Positions 20,233-29,577 of a DNA stretch of 64,000 nt are shown piece after piece. The notes beneath the pieces were generated by a model. That model was not told the origin of the DNA. It ran no database searches and saw only the letters and a list, made by a program, of their open reading frames with translations. The stretch's first letter is position 1. Every line of letters begins with the position of its first letter. The stretch is from the NCBI GenBank assembly GCA_965198235.1, contig OZ240248.1, positions 1,376,001-1,440,000 of the forward strand, read 5' to 3'. A program made the translations under genes and the position numbers. Source of the DNA: Candidatus Poribacteria bacterium (GTDB lineage: Bacteria; Poribacteria; WGA-4E; WGA-3G).

Positions 20233-21507
20233 ATGGCTGAAACCACACTTTTTGACGCTTCTTACGAACACCGAAAAAAGCCGCTATTGACCCTAACACT
20301 GGAACGTTTGCGTCCCATCTATAGCAAGTCCGAATTGAACGCTTTACGTATTGACAGTATGAGTCGGGAGGGGTTAGCACAACGCTCTGGACGCGGATTC
20401 GTCAATCGGGATATTCTTGAAACCGTGCTTGGCAATTTACTGGAATGTGTCGCACCAGGATCCCATAATGCGCCGCAGCTGCATAACCAAAGGCGTGAAC
20501 TCTCGGAAGCGATTGAAGAGGTAGCAGACCAGTTGTATGCGATGGTAGCGCAATCGTTTTTGGCTGTTACAGATGAAACACGTCTCGGTGCTGCGCTTGA
20601 AACCGCTTTTTCGCTCCTCTGGGAACTACCACGGCTCAAAAGTCGAGCCCTCTGGAATCGCTTCGCCTCTCTTAAAGATCCGGCTGTCTGGGATGCCTAC
20701 CTTCTCCACACCGGTATCTCTCGCGAAAAACTCGCCGCGCTTGATTTCCGTTCCCAAATTGACACCGCAATTCAGGAGCGAACCTTTGAACCGTACCAAG
20801 ACTTCCTTGGTAGTTTGAATCTCGCCTCTGTTTTGGATTATCAACTCCAATTGGTAGGGAGTACGTATCCCGGTTGGCGTGTACTCTTTTACCACGATGT
20901 CGCACACGCTTTAACACGAAGCGATGACCTTGAGGAAAGTCCAAACATTCACAGAATCCCAGTTCCATTATTGCCGCGCGCCATCTCGGAACTCGGTGGA
21001 CGCTACTATCAAGCCGATTTACATCCAGAAACGCAGATAGGCGATGCCAATTTCTTGGAACACCCGCATCGCGGTGTAACCACCGGACAGACGGGCATCA
21101 TCGGTTCCGGGTGCGTTATTTATCCAAGCACGCTCGGTGGATTGAGTGTCAAGGTAAAACAACGGCATCCCGTCATCGGCGATTTTGTTGAAATCGGCAC
21201 GGACACCAGCCTGCTCGGACCTGTTCAGGTTTCTGACCATTCTACTGTCGGCACGAACACTGAAATTTATGGATTTGTTGAAATTGAACAACGGTGTCGC
21301 ATCGGTTCGTCAGTCGTCATCGGGACGATCCGCGGCGCGTCAGAGCATCCCGGAAAAATCTATATCGGAGATGAGGTGCGCATCGGAGATGGCACTATCA
21401 TTGAAAATACATCGGAAATGGACCTGATTATACCCAACCGCTCGCAGATCCCGGCGCGAAGCCATATCGCAAATGATGGGTTTGGATTCCCTCGATATGT
21501 TATGTAA
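20233..21507 (+). CDS. Left-handed beta-helix acyltransferase (serine O-acetyltransferase-like) with long N-terminal domain
   Basis: DLHPETQIG...EHPHRGV...TLGG...RHPVIGD and hexapeptide repeats. Confidence 0.75.
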   Translation: MAETTLFDASYEHRKKPLLTLTLERLRPIYSKSELNALRIDSMSREGLAQRSGRGFVNRDILETVLGNLLECVAPGSHNAPQLHNQRRELSEAIEEVADQLYAMVAQSFLAVTDETRLGAALETAFSLLWELPRLKSRALWNRFASLKDPAVWDAYLLHTGISREKLAALDFRSQIDTAIQERTFEPYQDFLGSLNLASVLDYQLQLVGSTYPGWRVLFYHDVAHALTRSDDLEESPNIHRIPVPLLPRAISELGGRYYQADLHPETQIGDANFLEHPHRGVTTGQTGIIGSGCVIYPSTLGGLSVKVKQRHPVIGDFVEIGTDTSLLGPVQVSDHSTVGTNTEIYGFVEIEQRCRIGSSVVIGTIRGASEHPGKIYIGDEVRIGDGTIIENTSEMDLIIPNRSQIPARSHIANDGFGFPRYVM

Positions 21508-21528
21508 GGAGTTAATATTTTACGTATA

Positions 21529-23139
21529 ATGAGAGAGATACAACGTGTGCTCATCAGCGTCTACGACAAAACTAACCTCTTAGAAATAGCCAGTGTCCTC
21601 GCACAACGTGGTGTCGAAATCCTCTCTACCGGTGGCACTGCCCGACACCTTCGAGACGCTGGAATTGACATCCTTGATGTTTCCGACTACACCGGTTTTC
21701 CTGAAATGCTGGAGGGTAGAGTCAAAACGCTACATCCGAAAATTCATGGCGGGCTCCTTGCCGAACGGGATAATCCGGAACACAACGCCCAAGCAGAGGC
21801 ACACGGCATTACCTCTATTGATATGGTGATATGCAATTTGTATCCGTTTGAGGCGACCGTCGCCAAACCCGACGTGACACTCCCCGAAGCAATTGAGAAC
21901 ATTGACATCGGCGGTCCAACGATGATCCGCGCCGGAGCGAAGAATTATCGTCACGTCGCTGTCCTCACGGAGTCAAGCCAATACCCCCAAATTATCGCAG
22001 ATCTGGATGCAAACGACGGCTGCCTTTCGGAAGAGAGGCGGTTTGAACTGGCAAAGGCAGCCTTTGCCCATACCGCGCAATATGACACCGCAATCGCCGC
22101 TTACCTCATCGACGGTAATTCCCCCCTGATAAGGGGGGGTAGGGGGGTTGATAAAGCAGAGGACTCCGAAACAGATGGATTCTCAGATAACCTGACGCTC
22201 CGTTTCAAGAAGGAGCGCACGCTCCGCTATGGCGAAAACCCGCATCAACGCGCCGCTTTCTACAAAACTGAAACCAGCCCAGGCGCATGCGCCGCATGGG
22301 CAAACCAACTCAGTGGACAGCCGCTCTCCTTTAATAACCTCCTCGATTTAGAAGCCGCCTTAGAGATCGTCAAAGACTTCGAGACCCCTGCGTGTGCCAT
22401 CATCAAACACAATAACCCGTGTGGACTGGCGACGGCGGGCAACCTGCAAGATGCCTTCGCGAACGCATTGGAGTGCGATCGGACTTCTGCCTTCGGTTCG
22501 ATTGTCGGGTTAAATCGGAAAGTGACAATCCAAACCGCAAACATCATTCGCGAAGCCGCAAATGCGGGTGTGAAAATTGACGCAATTATCGCACCGAGTT
22601 ATACCGAAAAGGCACTCCGTGCTTTGTCTCGTGTCAAACGCCGACCGATTCTTGAAGCTGGATCGCTCTCGGCAACAGAACCTGTCTTGCAGATTCGCAA
22701 TATTACCGGTGGCGTGCTGGTCCAAGATCCGGATGTCCACGACTTAAATGCGAATGATTTAGAAGTGGCAACCTCCCGCTCACCAACGGAAGCAGAAATA
22801 AAATCCCTCCTTTTCGCGTGGAAAGCATGCAAACATGTCAAATCGAACTGTATCCTGCTTGCCAACGGCACACAAAGCGTTGGTATCGGCGCAGGTCAGA
22901 TGAGCCGAGTGGATGCGGCTATTATCGCTATCCGAAAGGCGGGTGATAAGGCGAAGGGAGCAGTGTTAGCCTCAGATGCCTACTTCCCATTTCCCGACGG
23001 TGTCGAGATTGCTGGTGAGGCGGGCATCAGTGCCATTATTCAACCTGGTGGTTCCGTCAATGATGCCCCTGTGATTGAGACAGCGGACGCTTACGGCATG
23101 GCAATGGTGCTGACGAGTATACGACATTTTCGGCATTAG
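21529..23139 (+). CDS. purH: Bifunctional AICAR transformylase/IMP cyclohydrolase
   Basis: STGGT, GRVKTLHP, IDIGGP, RYGENPHQ, KHNNPCG, VKSN, GQMSRVD, RHFRH. Confidence 0.98.
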   Translation: MREIQRVLISVYDKTNLLEIASVLAQRGVEILSTGGTARHLRDAGIDILDVSDYTGFPEMLEGRVKTLHPKIHGGLLAERDNPEHNAQAEAHGITSIDMVICNLYPFEATVAKPDVTLPEAIENIDIGGPTMIRAGAKNYRHVAVLTESSQYPQIIADLDANDGCLSEERRFELAKAAFAHTAQYDTAIAAYLIDGNSPLIRGGRGVDKAEDSETDGFSDNLTLRFKKERTLRYGENPHQRAAFYKTETSPGACAAWANQLSGQPLSFNNLLDLEAALEIVKDFETPACAIIKHNNPCGLATAGNLQDAFANALECDRTSAFGSIVGLNRKVTIQTANIIREAANAGVKIDAIIAPSYTEKALRALSRVKRRPILEAGSLSATEPVLQIRNITGGVLVQDPDVHDLNANDLEVATSRSPTEAEIKSLLFAWKACKHVKSNCILLANGTQSVGIGAGQMSRVDAAIIAIRKAGDKAKGAVLASDAYFPFPDGVEIAGEAGISAIIQPGGSVNDAPVIETADAYGMAMVLTSIRHFRH

Positions 23140-23305
23140 TAAAACTGAGGCGATTAGAACTAATGCTTATATGCGTGATGGAATGGACATCCGATAGGTT
23201 TTATGGTATTCTATGCTAAGAAAAATACGACAACTCATCACGGACTTAAAAAAAACTGGTTTCATCGACAATACAACTACGAGACTAACCTAATAGGAGG
23301 AACAG

Positions 23306-23611
23306 ATGAAAACGTATGCATTTGAGGTTGTTTTAGAAAAGGACAAGTGGCCCGATGAGCCAGATGAGAAAGCCGTTTGGCGGGCGTACATCCCCACACT
23401 GGAGCATAAAGGTGCAGCAAGTTGGGGGTATACTCAAAAGGAGGCTTTAAAAAATCTGCAAGACGCGGTCGACCTCCTTTTTGAATATCTGTTGGAGCAG
23501 GGAGAAGAAATTAATTTTGAGTCGCTATTGGCAGATCAAGAAAAAAGCCTATCTGAATTCCATCCGCGAATTCAGGTCAGCGATGTACCTTTAGTTACCG
23601 TAACAGTCTAA
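23306..23611 (+). CDS. hicB: HicB family antitoxin
   Basis: AYIPTL...SWGYTQKEALKNLQDAV; AGGAGG SD. Confidence 0.85.
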   Translation: MKTYAFEVVLEKDKWPDEPDEKAVWRAYIPTLEHKGAASWGYTQKEALKNLQDAVDLLFEYLLEQGEEINFESLLADQEKSLSEFHPRIQVSDVPLVTVTV

Positions 23612-23612
23612 T

Positions 23613-23858
23613 ATGGCTATTGATTACAGTCGGTTGCGCTCGCTCACAGCGCGAAGGTTAATACGCGCTTTGAAACAGGACGGTTTTCATGAACTGAAAA
23701 AAAGAGCAAATCGCTTTTTTGTGCACCCAGATGGGCGGACAACAACCCTTCATCTTCACAAAACGGGGCAAACCTTTGCTCCTGGCACGCTCAAAGCTAT
23801 CATTGAACGGCAGGTAAGGTGGACCGAGGCGGACCTTAAACGCCTTGGACTGCTTTAA
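23613..23858 (+). CDS. hicA: HicA family toxin
   Basis: LIRALKQDGF...HPDGR...H...GTLKAII. Confidence 0.85.
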   Translation: MAIDYSRLRSLTARRLIRALKQDGFHELKKRANRFFVHPDGRTTTLHLHKTGQTFAPGTLKAIIERQVRWTEADLKRLGLL

Positions 23859-23963
23859 CCCATGAAAACCAAACTGTTCAGCACGCAACAACGGCGCATG
23901 CGGAACTGATAGAAAACCTTTTTGGTAGAACGTTTTTATCGCGCGCAAGCAAAATTAAAAAAA

Positions 23964-25121
23964 ATGGCTACGACATTAACACTCCCACACACAATAATTA
24001 CAGGTGCAGGCGCATCCGAGAACGTCGGTGAACAGGCGAAACGACTCGGCGCAACGACCGCACTCATCGTGACCGATCCGGGTATCGCTGAAATCGGATA
24101 CGCCGACAAGATCGCCAAAAATTTGAATGATGCCGGGATAGCGTCCTCATGCTTCTCTGATGTCACACCCGACCCAACTCTACAGAACGTGCGAGACGGC
24201 TTAAAACAGCATGCTGACGAAGCCTGCGATGTAATCGTGAGCATCGGCGGCGGAAGTGCCATCGACTGCGGAAAAGGCATCGCCATGAAACTGACGAACG
24301 ACAGTGAATTCGCCGATTACATGGGTGTGGACAAGATCCCGAATCCGGGTGCACCCTTGATCGCGATACCAACGACAGGTGGGACAGGCAGTGAAGTCTC
24401 CAAAGTTACTGTCATCACCGACGATCTTCGATCTGTGAAGATGATGCTCAGTAGCCCATGCCTGTTGGCACACGTTGCACTGGTGGATCCGCTGCTATCC
24501 CTGACAACCCCACCCCACCTGACTGCAGCAGTCGGTGTTGATGCGTTGACGCACGCAATAGAGGCATATATCTCCAAACGCGCCCAACCGATAACCGATG
24601 CCCTCGCCTTGAAAGCCATCGAGATGATTTCCGGTTCGCTTCGGCAGGCGTGGGCAGACGGTGAAAACATCCCTGCCCGTACAGATATGATGATCGGTGC
24701 GTCTATCGCAGGCATGGCGTTCAGCAATTCATCTGTGGCTTTAGTTCACGGGATGTCTCGTCCAATCGGTGCGTTTTTCCACATCCATCATGGGCTATCG
24801 AATTCGGTGTTGTTGCGTGATGTGATGGAATTTAGCGTCGTCGGTGCACCTGCTCGTTTTGCCGATATTGCGTCCGCTATGGGCGAACCGATCGACGGGT
24901 TGTCCCCGATGGAGCAAGCGGACGCAGCGATTGATGCCGTGGAACGCCTTGTCACCGATATTCAGATGCCACGACTCGGTGAAATCGGTATTGACAGAGA
25001 GAAATTCGAGGATGTTATTGAACAGATGGCGAGGGACGCGATTGCGAGTGGAAGTCCTGCTAACAATCCGCGGCAAGCGACAGTTGAAGAGATTGTTGCA
25101 CTGTACCGTCAGTGTTTTTAG
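23964..25121 (+). CDS. Iron-containing alcohol dehydrogenase
   Basis: GGGSAID, PTTGGTGSE, DALTHAIEAY, HGMS, HG. Confidence 0.95.
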   Translation: MATTLTLPHTIITGAGASENVGEQAKRLGATTALIVTDPGIAEIGYADKIAKNLNDAGIASSCFSDVTPDPTLQNVRDGLKQHADEACDVIVSIGGGSAIDCGKGIAMKLTNDSEFADYMGVDKIPNPGAPLIAIPTTGGTGSEVSKVTVITDDLRSVKMMLSSPCLLAHVALVDPLLSLTTPPHLTAAVGVDALTHAIEAYISKRAQPITDALALKAIEMISGSLRQAWADGENIPARTDMMIGASIAGMAFSNSSVALVHGMSRPIGAFFHIHHGLSNSVLLRDVMEFSVVGAPARFADIASAMGEPIDGLSPMEQADAAIDAVERLVTDIQMPRLGEIGIDREKFEDVIEQMARDAIASGSPANNPRQATVEEIVALYRQCF

Positions 25122-25302
25122 AGAGTATTTTGTGGAAGGGGTTGTAACCTCGAGTTTGTGGAAGGGGAAACACCCAAGCAAAAAAACGGATTCCTTTATC
25201 CTGTAAATCCTGATTCAGGCAATTGACAGCTTGCTTCGCAGTGAGAACCAAAGCGCGCAGCTTGGAACAGAGTGGAAAGCGAATTTAAGAAAGAGACGTT
25301 AA

Positions 25303-25914
25303 ATGCCAAACCCATGTGCTTTAACCGCAAGGAAAATTAAAAGAACGTTTCTGTTGTGCCTATTGCTTGTGGGATGTGACACATCTATTGTGTCGATCCC
25401 CGATAGCAGGACGCCAATCTATTACGGCACAATTGATAACGTTGACAGTGTTTACGATGGCGACACGATTCGGGATGTATCTATCCAGATATATCCATTT
25501 CGTTCTCGGCTATCTAATATGGGTAAGGAACGATTGACACTATGGCCCGGCATTGAACGTCGTGTCGACGGGATTTATAGCATCACGGACATCAGGATCG
25601 CCGGAATAGACACACCTGAAAGACACCCGACACGCGCCGGACGCACCGAAGCCTCACTTCAACGGGAAAAAGAGCGTGCTGCAGCCGCAACGGACTTTCT
25701 CAAACAACTTCTACTTGAAAATAGTGAAGATGATGGTACCCTCGGATTTGTAATTCAGAATCCGCAGCCCGATAAATATGCAGGTCGCATCGTCGCCGAT
25801 GTCATTTGTGTCAAAGAGGACGTGTCTATTAATGCGGCTGAGGCGTTACTGAAAGCCGGACACGCTGTCGTCTATACCGGTGGCACGAAAACGCACGATT
25901 GGGGTGCCGAATAG
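25303..25914 (+). CDS. Thermonuclease (SNase-like) lipoprotein
   Basis: Lipobox LVGC; VYDGDT, IRIAGIDTPE, DKYAGRIVAD. Confidence 0.85.
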   Translation: MPNPCALTARKIKRTFLLCLLLVGCDTSIVSIPDSRTPIYYGTIDNVDSVYDGDTIRDVSIQIYPFRSRLSNMGKERLTLWPGIERRVDGIYSITDIRIAGIDTPERHPTRAGRTEASLQREKERAAAATDFLKQLLLENSEDDGTLGFVIQNPQPDKYAGRIVADVICVKEDVSINAAEALLKAGHAVVYTGGTKTHDWGAE

Positions 25915-25923
25915 GTAAAGTAT

Positions 25924-26976
25924 ATGAAAAAGAAAAACTTAATCAACCCCAAACCCAGTCACGATTTAACTGAGAACCCGATTTTGACAGCGGAAAAATC
26001 GGCGCGAAAACTTAATAGTTTAAAATACAAAATTGTTGTCCCCGGTGATTCACCACCGCAAATCCAAGGCTCGCCGCATCTGGAACGTCTGAAACCCTAT
26101 GGCGATGTCGTTCTTTATACTGACCGACCCGAAACTGACGCAGAGAAAATCCGCCGTGCTGAAGATGCAGATATCCTCATCAATTCACGCGGAATCGTCA
26201 AATGGCCCGCGGAAATCCTACACCAGCTCCCCGAGCTCAAGTTGATTTCGCTCTGCTCCATCGGCACCGATATGATTGGACTTGAGGAAGCGAAAAAGCG
26301 CGGAATTACCGTTTGCAATCAACCCGGACGTACCGCTCCAGTTGTAGCGGAACACGGGTTTGGACTGATGTTCGCGCTCGCTAAACGGGCGGCATTCCTG
26401 ACAACGTCTATGAAGGCGGGTGGATGGCCCCGTATGGACAATATTTACCTTCAAGGAAAAACTTTGGGAATTATAGGCACTGGGCATATCGGGGCAGAGA
26501 TGGCACGCCTTGGACGAGCCATCGGGATGAATGTTATCGCGTGGACGTATCACCCTTCAGCAGCGCGCGCAGCGGAATTGGGGGTTCAGTTTGTTTCTCT
26601 GGATGAACTGCTCCGAACTGCTGATGTTGTAAGTCTGCACGTCAGGCTGACAGAGGAGAGTCACCATCTCATTGGGGAACGTGAACTCGGTTTAATGAAG
26701 CAGGACGCGCTCCTAATCAATGTCGCACGTGGTGGGATGATTGATACAGATGCGTTGGTTGCTGCTTTGAACGGCGGACACCTCGGTGGTGCTGCTATTG
26801 ATGTCTATGATCAGGAACCGCCCCCGGCGAACCACCCTCTTTTGGAATGCGAGCAGGTAATTTTGACCCCACATTGTGCGGATATGACACCTGAAGGCGT
26901 TGAGCTTCTTAATGAGGGCGCCGTGGACAATATCATCGCTTTTTTGGAAGGCACACCACAGAACGTAGTTGTTTGA
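25924..26976 (+). CDS. D-2-hydroxyacid dehydrogenase family protein
   Basis: VAEH, GIIGTGHIG, INVARG, DVYDQEP, TPH. Confidence 0.93.
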   Translation: MKKKNLINPKPSHDLTENPILTAEKSARKLNSLKYKIVVPGDSPPQIQGSPHLERLKPYGDVVLYTDRPETDAEKIRRAEDADILINSRGIVKWPAEILHQLPELKLISLCSIGTDMIGLEEAKKRGITVCNQPGRTAPVVAEHGFGLMFALAKRAAFLTTSMKAGGWPRMDNIYLQGKTLGIIGTGHIGAEMARLGRAIGMNVIAWTYHPSAARAAELGVQFVSLDELLRTADVVSLHVRLTEESHHLIGERELGLMKQDALLINVARGGMIDTDALVAALNGGHLGGAAIDVYDQEPPPANHPLLECEQVILTPHCADMTPEGVELLNEGAVDNIIAFLEGTPQNVVV

Positions 26977-27030
26977 TTTTTTTTAACGGTTAGGGCTGGA
27001 CAGGGTGTCCTGCTCCACCTCGATCTAAAA

Positions 27031-27188
27031 TTACCCAAGTTGCTACTAACAAATCTTGGACGTTTCAACAAGGTTTTTCATGCACTTTCCCACCCCATAG
27101 GGGTGATATGTCTATAGAAAACGGTGTATTAAAGCGACTGCACCCCGTAGGGGTGCTATGTCTATAAATAGGTGGCAACTTGCGTTAA
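27031..27188. mobile_element. Family E MITE-like element
   Basis: Imperfect TIR TTACCCAAGTTGCTACTA / TAGGTGGCAACTTGCGTTAA; homologous to 1770-1908; solo ends near 8596, 10558, 15468. Confidence 0.8.
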
Positions 27189-27267
27189 AATTGGTAAAAA
27201 ACCGACTTTAAGGTATTAAGGGCTTTTTGACGAATGCCCAGAAAGAATCAGAACTCACCGGAAACCG

Positions 27268-29340
27268 ATGCGTAATGAAATGGAGCATCGACCAGATTTA
27301 ATAATTAAAAATATTGGGGTTGATACGGGTGGCACCTTCACCGACATTGTGATGCGTATTGATGGCGACCTGTTCACACACAAAGTCCTGTCTACGCCGC
27401 AGAATCCTGCCCTCGCTGTCCTACAAGGTGTGAGTGAAATCTTGCGTATGCACGACACCGATACCGAACGCTTGGACATTGTCCACGGATCGACGGTAGC
27501 AACGAACGCACTTCTTGAGCGTAGAGGTGCCCGTATCGCCCTCGTCACCACGAAAGATTTTGAGGACATTTTAGAGATAGGCAGACAGGCACGTCCGAAC
27601 CTCTATGATTTCTTCGTAGAGCGTCCCGCTCCGCTTGTCCCTGCGGATAGACGCTTCGGTATATCAGAACGGACACTGCACACAGGTGAAATCCAAACTG
27701 AGATTGAACCAAGCGATTTAGAGGCACTCGCGTCCGAACTCGCTACATTGGAACTTGATGCCATCGCGGTCTGTTTCCTCTTCGCCTACGTCAACCCACA
27801 GAACGAACAGATTGTTGCCGAGCACCTCGCCCGGCTTGATATACCCATCTCATGTTCACACGAAGTCTTACCGGAATATCGAGAGTATGCGCGTTTCAGC
27901 ACTACTGTCGCAAACGCGTATATCCGCCCTACTTTGGAACGGCATCTCTCTACGCTGACCGATTCTGAGCAGTTTCCAGCGTCTTTCCGTTTGATGCTCT
28001 CCAACGGAGGTTGTATCTCTGCAAGGAACTTTGAGTCTGCGGGTATCCGCACTGTCCTTTCCGGTCCTGCTGGTGGTGTTATGGGTGCGTATCAAGTCGC
28101 CAAGACCGCTGGCTACGACCAAATCATCACATTTGATATGGGTGGCACTTCAACGGATGTGAGCCTCTGCAATAGTGGTATCTCCCTCACGACCGAGAGC
28201 ACAATTAGTGGACTCCCGATCAAAGTTCCGTTGATTGATATTCATACCGTCGGTGCCGGGGGTGGTTCTATTGCGACTGTGGATGCAGGTGGCGCACTCC
28301 GCGTCGGACCCGAAAGTGCAGGGGCAGATCCAGGTCCCATCTGCTACGGAAACAATGGAGAAGATGTCACGGTAACCGACGCGAACCTTTACTTGGGACG
28401 TATCGCAGCGACCCAGTTTTTAGGGGGGGCGATGTCCCTTGACGCCGATAAGACCCGCACACACATTGAAGAATTTGCGAAGCGTCTTGGCGTTCCACCG
28501 TTGCAAGCAGCAGATGGCATTCTTAAGGTTGCCAACGCGGCGATGGAACGCGCCATCAAGGTCATCTCTGTGGAGCGCGGATTTGATACACGCGATTTCA
28601 CGCTCGTCTCCTTCGGTGGGGCTGGCGGTTTGCATGCCGCATTTATGGCAGAGAATCTCGGCATCAAAACAGTGCTGATCCCACCAAACGGCGGTTTGCT
28701 CTCTGCTTACGGGATGCTCTTCGCAGATGTCGTTAAAGATTATTCGCAGACCGTCTTGTGGCAATTTGAAAAGAGCAATGAAGATAACGCAAGTCTTGTT
28801 GAAGCGTTGAACGCCGGTTTTGACACACTCTTGACCCGTGCGGAGAATGAGATGAAAAGTGAGGGGTTCGTCCCGCATCAGCTTAAAATTGACCGTTCGC
28901 TTGATATGCGGTATGAGGGACAGTCTTATGAGTTGAATATTCCGTGTTTTACCGAGGAACATGCTCCTTCAACCGAGATAAAGGCTCTTGCTGAAAGATT
29001 TCACGCTGCGCATGGACTGCGGTTTGGTTATGCCCGGACCGATGCCCCAGTGGAGGTGGTGAACCTTCGACTTACAGCCACTGGAAAGACCGACAAACCT
29101 CCCATCCAATCAGTCCCATACACCGATACTGATGCCTCTGAAGCGTTTACTGTCCAAAACCGTGTTATCTTTGAAGGTGAAGCACACCCAACCGATTTCT
29201 ACCGCCGTGAGGCGTTGCGTCCCGGCAATCGAATCGCAGGTCCCGCGATTGTGACAGAATTTAGCGCGACGGCTGTAATACCCCCAAATTTCTCCGCCGT
29301 TGTTGATGCCTACCAGAATCTTATTTTGAAAAAAAAATAG
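27268..29340 (+). CDS. Hydantoinase A / 5-oxoprolinase subunit
   Basis: IGVDTGGTFTD, HGSTVATNALLE, SGPAGG, DMGGTSTD, GAGGGS. Confidence 0.95.
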   Translation: MRNEMEHRPDLIIKNIGVDTGGTFTDIVMRIDGDLFTHKVLSTPQNPALAVLQGVSEILRMHDTDTERLDIVHGSTVATNALLERRGARIALVTTKDFEDILEIGRQARPNLYDFFVERPAPLVPADRRFGISERTLHTGEIQTEIEPSDLEALASELATLELDAIAVCFLFAYVNPQNEQIVAEHLARLDIPISCSHEVLPEYREYARFSTTVANAYIRPTLERHLSTLTDSEQFPASFRLMLSNGGCISARNFESAGIRTVLSGPAGGVMGAYQVAKTAGYDQIITFDMGGTSTDVSLCNSGISLTTESTISGLPIKVPLIDIHTVGAGGGSIATVDAGGALRVGPESAGADPGPICYGNNGEDVTVTDANLYLGRIAATQFLGGAMSLDADKTRTHIEEFAKRLGVPPLQAADGILKVANAAMERAIKVISVERGFDTRDFTLVSFGGAGGLHAAFMAENLGIKTVLIPPNGGLLSAYGMLFADVVKDYSQTVLWQFEKSNEDNASLVEALNAGFDTLLTRAENEMKSEGFVPHQLKIDRSLDMRYEGQSYELNIPCFTEEHAPSTEIKALAERFHAAHGLRFGYARTDAPVEVVNLRLTATGKTDKPPIQSVPYTDTDASEAFTVQNRVIFEGEAHPTDFYRREALRPGNRIAGPAIVTEFSATAVIPPNFSAVVDAYQNLILKKK

Positions 29341-29356
29341 GGATGGGCAAATTCCT

Positions 29357-29385
29357 TTGACACGGCGCATTCCGTTTGATATACT
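29357..29385 (+). promoter_or_regulatory. Near-consensus sigma70 promoter
   Basis: TTGACA-17 nt-TATACT with TGn extension. Confidence 0.8.
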
Positions 29386-29429
29386 TTCAACACGAAATGG
29401 AGGGGTTTTTGCTTGGGCGTTTCTTTGAC

Positions 29430-29576
29430 TCTACGGGAAGGCACTCTATCTATCAAACCGCCCTAACCGAACCGCAAGGGAAAATTAAAAAGCCTGCAAC
29501 AACGGCGCAGGTGGGTCTACGGGAAGGCACTTTATCTATCAAACCGCCCTAACCGAACCGCAAGGAAAAATTAAAA
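29430..29576 (+). repeat. Two direct copies (61 bp, 2 mismatches) of family A
   Basis: 29430-29490 versus 29516-29576. Confidence 0.92.
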
Positions 29577-29577
29577 T

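Noticed and set aside
29430-29576. Possible mini-CRISPR
   Set aside because: Only two 61 bp copies; the 25 nt between them is itself repeat sequence (shared with 23885)
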